64,000 bases of DNA from an uncultured Rhodopirellula sp. (GTDB taxonomy: Bacteria; Planctomycetota; Planctomycetia; Pirellulales; Pirellulaceae), in assembly GCA_964007735.1 (NCBI GenBank), contig CAXGAI010000013.1, positions 1-64,000 on the forward strand, read 5' to 3'. Under the pieces are notes generated by a model. It was not told the origin of the DNA and did not search any database. It saw nothing but the letters and a program-made list of their open reading frames with translations. Of the stretch, positions 1-9,953 are shown in pieces. Both the position numbers and the translations under genes were made by a program. The stretch's first letter is position 1. Each line of letters begins with the position of its first letter.

Positions 1-2317
1 TTGCCGAGCTAACTGAGTTAAGAGATTTGCTCGTTGTCATTCGTTCCAGCAACTCCGGAGTCAACGCATAGATTTCGTCGTCAAAGGCTGTTTCGACAAC
101 AAACTTTAATGCAGCTCGTTGCTGTTCAACCGGCACAACCTGCAAGGGCGCACGATTACCTTCATCGCCCTTCTTATCACGTACGACATGCACACCTCCA
201 ATCCAGTTGGACATCATGCTAATAGCACGAGCCTGCATACTGAGTGTGATTTCATAACCGCGACGGGCTTTAGTCCAGCTATCTCCGTTTTTGACAAACC
301 TTTCAAGAATCTGACTCCGATGCAGAGTCGCCAGTTGAATCTGTTCGTTAGCAAAATTTAAAGGATCTTTCCCATAATCATATCGTCGAGCTAAAGGATC
401 GGGGCCTGACGTATCTTCGTCCGTAGCAAACTGCAGCTTTGGTTCAGTGACACGAGCCACGATTGGCTTTAGATCTGAGGCGAATGAGTAACCATACTCA
501 ATCGCCCAATAATCATAAGGCCCTACGCCCAGCATGGCGTAATCACCTTGAGCATCACCTGCATCAAAACGGATATTCGTGGGAGTGTAATCCATTACGG
601 AACCAACAATCGGCTCACCTTTATTGGCCGCTGTATTAATTTCGTCCAGCGTGTAGGCTGCGGAAGCTTTGAAATTGTGACGCAGCCCTAAGGTATGTCC
701 CACTTCATGGGCAACTAAGTGATAAAGTTGGGGACCAATAAACGATTCAGGCATGCCATCGAGAATAACCTCTTCTTCTTTCTCTTCTTCTTTCTCTTCT
801 TCTTTCTCTTCTTCTTTCTCTTCTTCACCTTCAGCTGCTGGTTCATCGAGGGCAGCCTGCATTTGATAAACCATACGCATCACAGCAACATCAAAAGCCA
901 TACCACGAGCAGCAAGACAGGATCCGTTGACCTGGGAGGTACGCCCAATCAATCCGTCATACTCGTCATCACCAAGGAGGGTACGATCTACTTTGGTTAA
1001 TGGATGACCACTAAATGGCTCACTACTCATCTCAGCAAACTTCTTCTTCAAGTGATTGCGCTGAGCAGGATGAGCGAATGAAACGCGTGGATCCCAGTTA
1101 GGGTTATCAGCTAACCATCCAAGAGTTTCGGGACTGTAACCTTCCATCATAATACGAGGGAGCAAACTATCGAATTCATAACGAAAGTGACGAATCCACC
1201 CATCGGTGAGGATGATATCAGCGTCTAAGATCTGTCCTGTATTGGGGTCGACACGACTCGGCCCAATCGCAGTACCAATATCATTGTTCAACCAACGAAC
1301 AAAGTTGTAACGCACATCTTCCGGGTCTTTGTCCATATGCGCACCGGTTTGTGCATCCTGATAGTAGACTTCAATCGCATCAGAAATTCCGATCTTTTCG
1401 AAGGCATCGTTCCAGGCGAGAACCCCATCTTTCACCCAACGACGGTAACGTACCGGTGTTGTATGTTCGATATAAAAAACGATCGGATTTTTAGGTGGAC
1501 TGATCTTGAGGCGTGGGTCACGCTTCTCTAAATGCCAACGATTGATAAACTGGATGTCGGTCTTATCATCAACGTATTGACTTAAGTCACTATAAGAAGT
1601 TGTGAAATATCCAATTCGTTCGTCCGCCATACGTGGACGATAACCTGACTTTGAAGTTAATTCTGAAATACTGTAGTGAATCGCAGACAGCTTGCCGGAT
1701 GACGTTGGAAGTTCAAAGGCCAATTCAACGTTCGACGGAAATGCCTTTGCTTTTTGCAATTTATACATTCCCATTAATTCCTGATTGCGGAATTGAGGCC
1801 CGAAGAATTTCGTGGCTTTACCAACCAATAAATAGTCCAAATCAATCACAGGCCCACCACCAGGACCAATGGTGACGATCGGCACATTCAGGATGATGCT
1901 GTCAGTAAACAGCCGATTCACCGAAGAAGCGGATTCAGGGTCGCCTGTGGCTCGTGTATCGAGGTCTGGTGCGATGAGTGCTAAACGATTGTTATATCGG
2001 CGCCAGTAAACATACATTTCACCGGACTGTAGTCCGGCATATTTGTCTCCACTCGCAACTGTCAGGGCAAAAAAGTAACGTTTGGTTGCATAGTTTGGAG
2101 GCAATTCAGCGTATACGTTGCCATCTTTGGACTTTACATAAAGCGTATACATACTTTTGGCACCATCCGCTGTAGAAACAACTTTGTTGTAGCCATCCAG
2201 TACTGCTGAATAGGGAGGGTATTCTGGCTTGGGAGGAGAAGGGGCGTCCTGAGCAAGCATCGGAACTGCAATAAAAGTACCTGCTAAAACAACGACCAAA
2301 GAGGATAAGTATTTCAT
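1..2317 (-). CDS. Secreted zinc-dependent metalloprotease (DUF5117/DUF4953, EcxA-like metzincin); 3' end runs off the window
   Basis: Hand translation from ATG 2317 (AGGA RBS upstream): MKYLSSLVVVLAGTFIAVPMLAQD signal peptide, PRMADERIGYF, FINRWHLEK, GPSRVDPNTGQILDADI, HEVGHTLGLRHNF zinc motif (~675-710), SVMDY Met-turn. Absent from the ORF track because no stop falls inside the window. Confidence 0.9.
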   Translation of the reverse strand, partial: MKYLSSLVVVLAGTFIAVPMLAQDAPSPPKPEYPPYSAVLDGYNKVVSTADGAKSMYTLYVKSKDGNVYAELPPNYATKRYFFALTVASGDKYAGLQSGEMYVYWRRYNNRLALIAPDLDTRATGDPESASSVNRLFTDSIILNVPIVTIGPGGGPVIDLDYLLVGKATKFFGPQFRNQELMGMYKLQKAKAFPSNVELAFELPTSSGKLSAIHYSISELTSKSGYRPRMADERIGYFTTSYSDLSQYVDDKTDIQFINRWHLEKRDPRLKISPPKNPIVFYIEHTTPVRYRRWVKDGVLAWNDAFEKIGISDAIEVYYQDAQTGAHMDKDPEDVRYNFVRWLNNDIGTAIGPSRVDPNTGQILDADIILTDGWIRHFRYEFDSLLPRIMMEGYSPETLGWLADNPNWDPRVSFAHPAQRNHLKKKFAEMSSEPFSGHPLTKVDRTLLGDDEYDGLIGRTSQVNGSCLAARGMAFDVAVMRMVYQMQAALDEPAAEGEEEKEEEKEEEKEEEKEEEVILDGMPESFIGPQLYHLVAHEVGHTLGLRHNFKASAAYTLDEINTAANKGEPIVGSVMDYTPTNIRFDAGDAQGDYAMLGVGPYDYWAIEYGYSFASDLKPIVARVTEPKLQFATDEDTSGPDPLARRYDYGKDPLNFANEQIQLATLHRSQILERFVKNGDSWTKARRGYEITLSMQARAISMMSNWIGGVHVVRDKKGDEGNRAPLQVVPVEQQRAALKFVVETAFDDEIYALTPELLERMTTSKSLNSVSSA
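770..826. repeat. 12-bp tandem repeat (CTCTTCTTCTTT x ~4.7) encoding an (EEEK)n linker in the metalloprotease
   Basis: Directly visible; in frame on the minus strand just before the HExxH motif. Confidence 0.9.
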
Positions 2318-2620
2318 GAGACCTTTTCCTACGACTTATTTATTACAAGAGCGCAAACCCTGCGCACCTAAGATATCTCTTCAGGATAGTTCACAATGAC
2401 TGATGTGAAAATATAACGATCAGTAAATATAGGAAAGATGCGTATTTTACAACGGATAACCGTTACAACCCTCCTCCTCGCCTTTTTTGGGCCTAGGGCA
2501 TCGAAAAAAGGGGGGGGAGCTAGGATCATTACAGGCAAAAAGCGCCGTCCCGGCCAAGGATAAAGCTACAGGACTTGTTGAAGCCAATCAGAGTAAAGCA
2601 TTTTAGAAAATCCGTGCCGG

Positions 2621-4336
2621 TTACTTCACTCGTTTAATATAAGCAAAGTAGCTTCCCCGCACCTTTCCATCTTTGAGTTCCATCTTGGTCAGTAGGTCGT
2701 TCCCGCCTTTTTTCAGATCAATCTCAAAGACGACAAATTCATCACCTTCGGCAATTTTTCGAGTCACTGTTTGGCCACCAATTTCAATCGTGGCCTGAAG
2801 CGCATCCATCGCTTTGGCTTCGTGACGGGGCCAACGACGAAGCTCAATTCGATACGTCCCTGACTCAGAAATATCGAGCGCCCAGTAACCATTTCCAATC
2901 GCCCCGCTCATTACATGGTTTTGGTGCCATGGGGTGTTCGTATTGTTCGTGTGCCAATCGTGAGAATGAAGAAGAGACTCAGGTTGAGCTTTATAGCCGA
3001 TGCCAATTCGCACGGTCATGTCAAAAGAAGAGGAGAGACTCTTCCACCAGGCTTCGTATGCTTCTGATAGCTTCTTTGCGACTTCCGGGTGATCTTCAAA
3101 AATATTGTTCTGCTGACCAGGATCTGCCTGGATATCATACAGTTGCGTTTGATTCAGAAGTCTCCAGCGTTCTGTAAGCACTGCATAGTTGCGATACTTC
3201 TGAACGTTTTCAACGCGTTGAGAGTGTACCAGAATCGTCCGGTCACGTAATGCTTCCTTATCACCATACAAAATAGATTTCAGGCTATCACCATCTCGCT
3301 CGGCTGCTCGCGCGTCCTCAAGACCACATAGCTCCGATAAAGTCGGAAGCACGTCGATGTGAGCGCAAAGCTGATCCACGTCACGACCTCCCGTTAACTT
3401 GCCATCAGGCCAGCGAATAAACATGGGTACGCGATGACCGCCATCATAGTTAGAGCCTTTACCAGCCCGCATCCCTGCGTTATATCCCTTCCAGGAACCA
3501 TTCTTGGTTGGTCGCCAGCCGGCGGCACTTCCGTTATCCGTCGTGAAAATCAAAATGGTGTTATCGGCAATCTGTAAGTCATCGAGTTGCTTCATGAGCT
3601 TGCCCATGTTGTCGTCGATATTTTCAATCATGCCATAGAATTCAGCTTGAGGAGAGCCAACCCCCTTTTCTTTGTATGGATTCGAATACTCCTCCGAAAC
3701 CAGATAGGGGCCATGAGGAGCATTCGTCGATATGTATGCAAAAAATGGCTTCTTGCGATTGCGTTCAATGAACTTCAAAGCATCATCAAACCATACATCG
3801 GTACAGTAACCCTTTTGAGCTTCGGGCTTACCATTTCGCCAGTAAGTGTCATCAAAGTAATCATTCCCCCAATAGTCCGGGCCCTGTCCGACACCTCCTC
3901 CACCGTGGATAAAGGTATAGTCAAATCCCTGATCTTGAGGGCGAACAGGATAGTTATCCCCAAGATGCCACTTACCAAACATTCCGGTTTTGTAGCCGCC
4001 ATCACGGAATACTTCGGCAATCGTGTGTTCCTGAGTATTCATCAAACTACGACCCATAATCGTGTGCCAAACACCGGTACGAGTTGAATAACGACCGGTC
4101 ATTAATGCGCTGCGAGTCGGGGAACAGGTTGGATCCACGTGATAATCAGTTAGGCGAACACTCTGAGAGTGAAGTTGATCCAGGTTTGGTGTTTGGATCA
4201 TCGTGTTCCCATGAGCACCAACATCGCCATAACCTTGATCGTCTGTGATAACGACGATGACATTGGGCTGGGTATCACGAGCCGACACCAGGGTAGTCCA
4301 GTGAGCAACAGCAAGTAAGATGAGCAGGCGATACAT
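2621..4336 (-). CDS. Arylsulfatase (formylglycine-dependent S1 family), secreted
   Basis: Signal peptide, PNVIVVITDDQGYGD, CSPTRSALMTGR (CxPxR), GKWHLG, TDNG motifs. Confidence 0.95.
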   Translation of the reverse strand: MYRLLILLAVAHWTTLVSARDTQPNVIVVITDDQGYGDVGAHGNTMIQTPNLDQLHSQSVRLTDYHVDPTCSPTRSALMTGRYSTRTGVWHTIMGRSLMNTQEHTIAEVFRDGGYKTGMFGKWHLGDNYPVRPQDQGFDYTFIHGGGGVGQGPDYWGNDYFDDTYWRNGKPEAQKGYCTDVWFDDALKFIERNRKKPFFAYISTNAPHGPYLVSEEYSNPYKEKGVGSPQAEFYGMIENIDDNMGKLMKQLDDLQIADNTILIFTTDNGSAAGWRPTKNGSWKGYNAGMRAGKGSNYDGGHRVPMFIRWPDGKLTGGRDVDQLCAHIDVLPTLSELCGLEDARAAERDGDSLKSILYGDKEALRDRTILVHSQRVENVQKYRNYAVLTERWRLLNQTQLYDIQADPGQQNNIFEDHPEVAKKLSEAYEAWWKSLSSSFDMTVRIGIGYKAQPESLLHSHDWHTNNTNTPWHQNHVMSGAIGNGYWALDISESGTYRIELRRWPRHEAKAMDALQATIEIGGQTVTRKIAEGDEFVVFEIDLKKGGNDLLTKMELKDGKVRGSYFAYIKRVK

Positions 4337-4428
4337 CTATTAAATCTCCCTCAGGGATGAATCGGATAAACGTGGATATCCAACCAATGTACCACAGGGA
4401 GAAACGAAATAAATCCGCCCAAACGTCA

Positions 4429-5142
4429 TTAATCGCGTGACGCAGCCGTTGCTCTTAAGATGTAGTAAGCTAGTGTCAGTAGCGTTGAAACCATGGCCGC
4501 CACATACGTCATCGCAGCTGCGTTGAGAACTTTATCCATTCCCACACGCTCTTCCCGATAGATGATTCCGGCATCCACAACGATCTCTTTGGCTCGTCGC
4601 GTTGCATCAAATTCAACCGGGAGTGTTACCAGCTGGAATAAAAGAACAAGGCTAAACAGACCACAACCCGCATAGACAACGTATTTGCCAATACCAACAC
4701 CACCGGATGCGTAGAGCATCACTAATCCGAGTACCATCACAATATAACCAAGTGTATTGCCAACGGTGCACAGTGGCACTAGGCTGGAACGCATTCTAAG
4801 CGGACCGTAATTCTCTGCGTCCTGAATCGCATGCCCGGCTTCATGAGCAGCAATCCCGATCGACGCTACCGATGAACCTTGAAAAACATCCTGAGACAAT
4901 ACGAGTTGTTTCGACATCGGATTGTAATGATCCGAAAGAAAACCACTGGTTTGCACCACATCCACGTGATGCAAACCTGCGCGGTCTAAAAGCTTTCTCG
5001 CCGCCTGAGCTCCCGTATAGCCATTCATCGATCCAACTCGCGAATACTTCTTAAACGCGGCCTTCACCCGAATACTGAAGAAACCAGAAATGAGTAGTGA
5101 CGGCAATAGTACCCAAATCATGTACTGGAAATCATAAAACAT
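4429..5142 (-). CDS. Membrane neutral zinc metallopeptidase (Zn_peptidase_2/YugP-like)
   Basis: LSDHYNP, AAHEAGHAIQ, TLPVEFDA and AAAMTYVAA motifs with TM segments. Confidence 0.9.
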   Translation of the reverse strand: MFYDFQYMIWVLLPSLLISGFFSIRVKAAFKKYSRVGSMNGYTGAQAARKLLDRAGLHHVDVVQTSGFLSDHYNPMSKQLVLSQDVFQGSSVASIGIAAHEAGHAIQDAENYGPLRMRSSLVPLCTVGNTLGYIVMVLGLVMLYASGGVGIGKYVVYAGCGLFSLVLLFQLVTLPVEFDATRRAKEIVVDAGIIYREERVGMDKVLNAAAMTYVAAMVSTLLTLAYYILRATAASRD

Positions 5143-5177
5143 GGAATCTCATTTTCTTAAAAGGAAGAAACCCGAAA

Positions 5178-5600
5178 TTAAGCTACGTCTATTTTACGCG
5201 CTTTGGCTTTCGCTTTCTTCCCCAATGTTATCGTTAACATGCCATTTAACAATTTGGCATCAATGGATTCTGCTGCCACAGAATTTGGAACTTTATATTC
5301 CTTGTGAATTTGTCCCGACCGTTGATAACCAGAAACTAAATCTGCGTTCTCTCGCGGAACTACCGAACATTCGCCTTGGATCGAGAGGACGCCTGTTGGC
5401 AAAATCTCAATATTGACATCTTCCTGAGCAAAGCCTGGTAATTCCATTTCCAATGTGAATTTATCGTCTTTTTCCCAAATAGTTACATTAGGCTCAAAAC
5501 TCGCTTGATGCTTATGAGTTTCCAAACCAAAAACCCGATTCATCTCGTCCTGTAACCAGCTCAACTCAGCCTGAAATGGACTCTTGCGTGTAATCAACAT
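5178..5600 (-). CDS. Hsp20/alpha-crystallin small heat shock protein
   Basis: ELPGF..EDVNIE, IDAKLLNGMLTITLGK, C-terminal IDV (IxI-like); GGAGG RBS. Confidence 0.9.
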   Translation of the reverse strand: MLITRKSPFQAELSWLQDEMNRVFGLETHKHQASFEPNVTIWEKDDKFTLEMELPGFAQEDVNIEILPTGVLSIQGECSVVPRENADLVSGYQRSGQIHKEYKVPNSVAAESIDAKLLNGMLTITLGKKAKAKARKIDVA

Positions 5601-5650
5601 AGTACTAGCCTCCTTTAATTCGGCACATAAACTTCTCTACCCCGTATTAA

Positions 5651-5667
5651 AGCAATCGCCGTGCCAA
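5651..5667 (-). promoter_or_regulatory. Sigma-54 (-24/-12) promoter for hsp20
   Basis: Minus strand reads TTGGCACGGCGATTGCT, matching TGGCAC-N5-TTGC, ~50 nt upstream of the hsp20 ATG. Confidence 0.8.
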
Positions 5668-5840
5668 GGATTAGTTACAAACCCAATCAAAAAATACACT
5701 GCCATCCTTTTTCCCACAGACCTACCTCTAAAACACTGCTTTTACCGTTGTTTCATAAATCCGCTCTCATCGATTCTAAAGCTCTTCATTAAAAAAAATC
5801 TCTACCCCAGACGGTAGCAATCTCTCAAACTTAAAGAGGA

Positions 5841-5874
5841 TGCCATTTCGGCACTATAGACTGCTATTTTGGCA
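5841..5874. promoter_or_regulatory. Tandem palindromic sites, candidate enhancer-binding-protein UAS
   Basis: TGCCATTTCGGCA (5841-5853) and TGCTATTTTGGCA (5862-5874), 21 bp apart, ~175-205 bp upstream of the sigma54 motif. Confidence 0.5.
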
Positions 5875-5943
5875 TTTTTAAATCTACAAATCTAACCACC
5901 CGATATGGGTATTTTTTATTTACCCATGGTTAGCCTCGAGCGA

Positions 5944-6672
5944 TTATGCTAGAGAGCGGCCAGAGTCTATTTTGATTGAAGTGCCGGTAACCATGCGATT
6001 TTCTAAGAAAAAAGAAACTGCCTGGCAGAACGGCTCGGGGTCATCAACGCAATCAATGGGAGTCATCGCTTGGATTTCTGAGCGGTGTTCGGGTGAAAGT
6101 TCATCCGGAAACAGGATATTACCCGGGTGGATACAATTCACGCGAATGTTTTCATTCAATGCGGCGAGTTCTACGGCTAATGCCTTTGTGGCTGTTTCCA
6201 ACCCACCTTTTGAAAGAAAATAGCCGATATATTCCGGATATGGGCGATCTACCGCCCAGTCTCCTACGGTGACAATAGCTCCACCAGATCCTTGCTTCAC
6301 CATCTGCATGCCCACTTTTTGGGCGCAAAGTACAGTCCCTAAAGCATTGACCATGAACTGCTTTTGAATCTGCACAGCAGATAATTCAGCCAATGGTGTC
6401 GGTTTCCATACCGAGGCTAAAGTTACAAGCCCATCAATCTGCCCAAATCTCTTAACAATCCGAGCAACCAGCTCGGCCACCTGCTCCTCACACGTTACAT
6501 CAGCTTCTTCAAAAGTAGCCAGATCGCCTAATTCTTCCGCTAATTGTTCTCCAAGCTCCACATTCTTCCGACCATGTAAGACGACCTGATATCCACTATC
6601 TATTAAGTGTCTCGCCAGATGAAATCCAACACGTCGACGACTACTGCCAGTTATGAGAATGACTTTGCGCAT
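5944..6672 (-). CDS. SDR oxidoreductase, pteridine reductase/FolM-like
   Basis: ITGSSRRRVG Rossmann variant, YFLSK (YxxxK), RVNCIHPG, TGTSIKIDSGRSL. Confidence 0.8.
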   Translation of the reverse strand: MRKVILITGSSRRRVGFHLARHLIDSGYQVVLHGRKNVELGEQLAEELGDLATFEEADVTCEEQVAELVARIVKRFGQIDGLVTLASVWKPTPLAELSAVQIQKQFMVNALGTVLCAQKVGMQMVKQGSGGAIVTVGDWAVDRPYPEYIGYFLSKGGLETATKALAVELAALNENIRVNCIHPGNILFPDELSPEHRSEIQAMTPIDCVDDPEPFCQAVSFFLENRMVTGTSIKIDSGRSLA

Positions 6673-6941
6673 TTTGGATTATGCCTTCTTCTATTTTTAA
6701 TTAGGAACTGCTGACCATCCATTACGAACCAATCCAGCGAAGAGACTAAATTGCCTATACCTTATATATCACCAACAAATCCAAAAATCGCAACATAGCC
6801 CAATAATTCGGGGTATATTGTTAGGGTTGATTAATTGAGAGATTTTCAATAATTCGACGAAACCTGTGCAACTTCACAAGTGTTCAATGAATACAGCAAT
6901 AATCAAAGATAACCTCATCTACGAAATATAGGATTTCCCCA

Positions 6942-7838
6942 ATGAAACTTGTCAAACTATTCACGCTTGCGACAGCATTGATGGCTATGGTCATCGTACC
7001 AGTAGTCCATGCTCAACCTGGCGGCGGACGTCAAGGTGGTCAAGGCGGTGGACGTCAAGGCGGCCAATTCGGTGGTCGTGGAGGCGGACAAAACAACATT
7101 TCGATTAATCAGTTACTACAATCTGAAAAGGTTCGTAACGAAGCAGAAATCTTTGATGAACAAGTTCAGGAATTGAAAGAAGCTTCTGACAAGATCCGTG
7201 CAGAAGCCCGGGCCAACCAAGGTGAACGACCTGACTTCCGTAATCTTTCGGAAGAACAACGCCGTGAACTCTTCGAAAAATTCCGCAAGAGTTCTGAAGA
7301 GACGCAGAAAAAAGTCAACGCGGCTGTTGAGGAAATCCTACTTCCTCACCAACTAGAGCGACTAGAAGAAATTCGTATGCAGCTTCTTGGTACTGGTGCT
7401 CTGTTACTAGAACCCGTCCAAAAGAAACTAAAGATTACAGATACTCAGAAGGCCAAGTTTGAAGAGATTAGCAATAGTACGCGGGAGAAGTCTCAAGAGA
7501 TGTTTGGAGGTGCTCGCGAGCAATTCCAACAACTTGGTGGCGACCGCGAAAAGATTCAGGCGATGATGGCTGAAATTCGCGAAAAGATGGAAACTGTACA
7601 GAAAGATGCTGAAAAAAATATGGTCGGCACTCTGACGGATGCACAGAAAAAACAATTTGAAGAAATGAAAGGTAAGCCTTTCGAGATTTCTCGCGAAGAA
7701 CTTCGACCGCAGCGTCCTCAGGGACAACGCCCAGGTGGTCAAGGTGGTCAGCGCCCAGGTGGTCAAGGTGGTCAGCGCCCAGGTGGCCAAGGTGGCCAGC
7801 GTCCTCAGGGACAACCCGGCCAGCGTCCAACCATCTAA
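6942..7838 (+). CDS. Secreted helical hypothetical protein (LTxxQ-type motifs, Spy/CpxP-like) with Gly/Gln/Arg-rich termini
   Basis: Signal peptide ending VHA; LLPHQLERL, ITDTQK and LTDAQK motifs; GGRQGGQ and QRPGGQGG repeats. Confidence 0.6.
   Translation: MKLVKLFTLATALMAMVIVPVVHAQPGGGRQGGQGGGRQGGQFGGRGGGQNNISINQLLQSEKVRNEAEIFDEQVQELKEASDKIRAEARANQGERPDFRNLSEEQRRELFEKFRKSSEETQKKVNAAVEEILLPHQLERLEEIRMQLLGTGALLLEPVQKKLKITDTQKAKFEEISNSTREKSQEMFGGAREQFQQLGGDREKIQAMMAEIREKMETVQKDAEKNMVGTLTDAQKKQFEEMKGKPFEISREELRPQRPQGQRPGGQGGQRPGGQGGQRPGGQGGQRPQGQPGQRPTI
7710..7814 (+). repeat. 24-bp tandem repeat x3 (QRPGGQGG) flanked by CAGCGTCCTCAGGGACAA direct repeats
   Basis: Units at 7725-7748, 7749-7772 and 7773-7796. 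Confidence 0.9.
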
Positions 7839-7861
7839 AAAGACTCGACTCTGAAGAAAAA

Positions 7862-7894
7862 GAGAGAGACACTCCCAGGAGTGTCTCTTTTTTT
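7862..7894 (+). terminator. Rho-independent terminator
   Basis: AGAGACACTC-CCAG-GAGTGTCTCT followed by a T run. Confidence 0.85.
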
Positions 7895-8006
7895 ATGCGC
7901 TCAAATTTCAATTACTAGCTTCCCCCTTGGTTTAACAGTTTGAAAACAAAGAACATAATAAAAGCTTGAACAAATCATAGGATTAACCTTAGAGCAGACA
8001 TAACAC

Positions 8007-9038
8007 ATGAGAGCCATCCTTCTTGAAGAACCTAAGAATTTCAAAACCATTGAAGTCGACGAAGCACCAGCCCCCGGTGCCGGTGAAGCTTTGGTCGCAG
8101 TGCACCGCGTCGGAATCTGCGGTACCGACATTAGCGGCTATTTAGGTAAGTTCCCTTTCTACAGCTACCCTCGTATTCCTGGACACGAATTGGGCGTAGA
8201 AGTTTTGGAAGTAGGTGAAGGTGTTGAAAATGTAAAATCAGGCGATCGTTGCAGTGTCGAACCTTACATTAACAACGAAGCCAGTTTCGCCAGCCAACGC
8301 GGACGCTCCAATTGTTGTGACAACCTCGAAGTCCTGGGGGTTCATACCGATGGTGGTATGCGTGAACGATTCATTGTTCCCGCTCGCAAACTCCATCCAT
8401 CTCACGGTGGCCTGGAAATGGAACAACTGGCACTTGTGGAGACGCTTGCCATTGGTTGCCATGCTGTCGATCGTGCGAAACCAACGGCGGATGATACGGT
8501 TCTGATCATTGGTGCCGGGCCCATCGGTCTGACCTGCGTCGAGTTTACCCGGCTTACACCAGCCAAGATGATTGTCATGGATATGAATGAAGATCGTCTG
8601 GCTTTCTGCCGCAACAACATGAATGTCGAAAAGACGGTAACCTTTAAGGGAGACGATTCAGAGGAACAAGCGTTGCGAGATGCCAACGGTGGTGAACTGC
8701 CAACCATCGTTATTGATGCCACGGGCAATGCTCAAAGTATGGCGAACGCAATGAACTTCGTCGCTCATACAGGGACGCTGGTTTACGTCGGTATCACTCT
8801 GGGTGACATTGTCTTCCCTCATCGCTGGCTGCATGCCAAAGAAATGAACTTACTTTCATCGCGAAACGCCTTACCTGGTGACTTCGCACGCATTATCAAA
8901 CTCATTGAAGACGGCAAGATCGACACGCGTCCCTGGATCACTCATCGCACAACACTAGAAGAGCTTCCCGAAGTCTTCGACTCGTACACCAAACCTGAAA
9001 CCGGCGTTATCAAAGCTATTGTTAGTATTCAGGACTAA
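8007..9038 (+). CDS. Zn-dependent alcohol dehydrogenase, L-galactonate 5-dehydrogenase (LgoD/YjjN)-like
   Basis: VGICGTD, PRIPGHE, LGVHTDGGMRE, GAGPIG, SRNA, WITHR motifs. Confidence 0.8.
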   Translation: MRAILLEEPKNFKTIEVDEAPAPGAGEALVAVHRVGICGTDISGYLGKFPFYSYPRIPGHELGVEVLEVGEGVENVKSGDRCSVEPYINNEASFASQRGRSNCCDNLEVLGVHTDGGMRERFIVPARKLHPSHGGLEMEQLALVETLAIGCHAVDRAKPTADDTVLIIGAGPIGLTCVEFTRLTPAKMIVMDMNEDRLAFCRNNMNVEKTVTFKGDDSEEQALRDANGGELPTIVIDATGNAQSMANAMNFVAHTGTLVYVGITLGDIVFPHRWLHAKEMNLLSSRNALPGDFARIIKLIEDGKIDTRPWITHRTTLEELPEVFDSYTKPETGVIKAIVSIQD

Positions 9039-9099
9039 CTTAAAATCTTTATCCGGTCAGCCAAGCACTTCGACCGAATTACCCTAGAGGAATTGAATC

Positions 9100-9918
9100 A
9101 TGGTTAAATCAGCCATCACCGTCAGTTTAGTAGAAGCCGCCCGAGGTGGTCCGTTTGTCCTATGGGATGGATTGGAAGCCGGTTGCAAAACAGCCAAGGA
9201 ACTTGGATTCGATGCGATTGAAGTTTTCTCGCTGGGTCCCGAACAAGTTGACTCAGACGAATTGGAGAAACTTCTTCAGGATCATGAACTTTCACTAGCC
9301 GCGGTTGGAACCGGAGCAGGCAAGGTAAAGCATGGCCTCACACTGACTTCAGCCTCCAAAGAAGAACGTGAACAAGGCAAAGAGTTTATTAAACGGATCA
9401 TCGAGATGGGTGGGCGATTTGGCGCCGGAGCCATTTTGGGATCTATGCAAGGTTTTTGGGGGAAAGACGTTCCTAAAGAGGAAGCGTTAAAATATCTAGC
9501 AGAAGCTTGCGGTGAACTGGGCGAATATGCCAAACAGTTTAATGTTCCATTTATTTACGAACACTTAAATCGTTTTGAAACCAATCTCTGTAATCGAGTT
9601 GAAGAAAGTGTTGCTTTGCTTAATACGCTTGGCAATGACCACAACGTTGTCATCTTGGCTGACCTGTTTCATATGAACATCGAAGAAGTTGACATCTGCG
9701 AGGCCTTCCGCACGGGTGCGGAGCTAATTGGCCATATTCACTTTGTTGATAATAATCGTCGCCCCATTGGTGGAGGCCATATCGACATGGTGTCTGTTTC
9801 AGCCGTCATCAAAGAAATTGGCTATGACGGATACCTTAGCGCTGAAGCGGTCCCTTACCCAACAGAATATGAAGCCGCCAAGCAAACAATCGACTCCTAC
9901 AACAAATACTTTGGTTAA
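9100..9918 (+). CDS. Sugar phosphate isomerase/epimerase (AP_endonuc_2 TIM barrel, IolO-like)
   Basis: EHLNRFETN, DLFHMNIEE, HIHFVDNNR, YDGYLSAE. Confidence 0.85.
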   Translation: MVKSAITVSLVEAARGGPFVLWDGLEAGCKTAKELGFDAIEVFSLGPEQVDSDELEKLLQDHELSLAAVGTGAGKVKHGLTLTSASKEEREQGKEFIKRIIEMGGRFGAGAILGSMQGFWGKDVPKEEALKYLAEACGELGEYAKQFNVPFIYEHLNRFETNLCNRVEESVALLNTLGNDHNVVILADLFHMNIEEVDICEAFRTGAELIGHIHFVDNNRRPIGGGHIDMVSVSAVIKEIGYDGYLSAEAVPYPTEYEAAKQTIDSYNKYFG

Positions 9919-9953
9919 TATCGTTGACCAATACGTCACAGAAAGCATAACTC

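Noticed and set aside
34..2175. Short plus-strand ORFs, including the poly-Phe ORF at 719-1000
   Set aside because: They are antisense shadows of the minus-strand metalloprotease; the poly-F is the reverse of the EEEK repeat.
1633..2180. Suspected frameshift in the metalloprotease because it is missing from the ORF track
   Set aside because: Hand translation stays in one open frame from 2317 through the HExxH and Met-turn motifs; the gene simply runs off the window.
2469..2520. Imperfect inverted repeat (CCTTTTTT...AAAAAAGG) as an ncRNA or MITE
   Set aside because: Low complexity, single copy and no recognisable family; it may be only a terminator-like element.
7710..7814. CRISPR-like array
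   Set aside because: The repeats are contiguous coding units with no spacers, and no cas genes are present.
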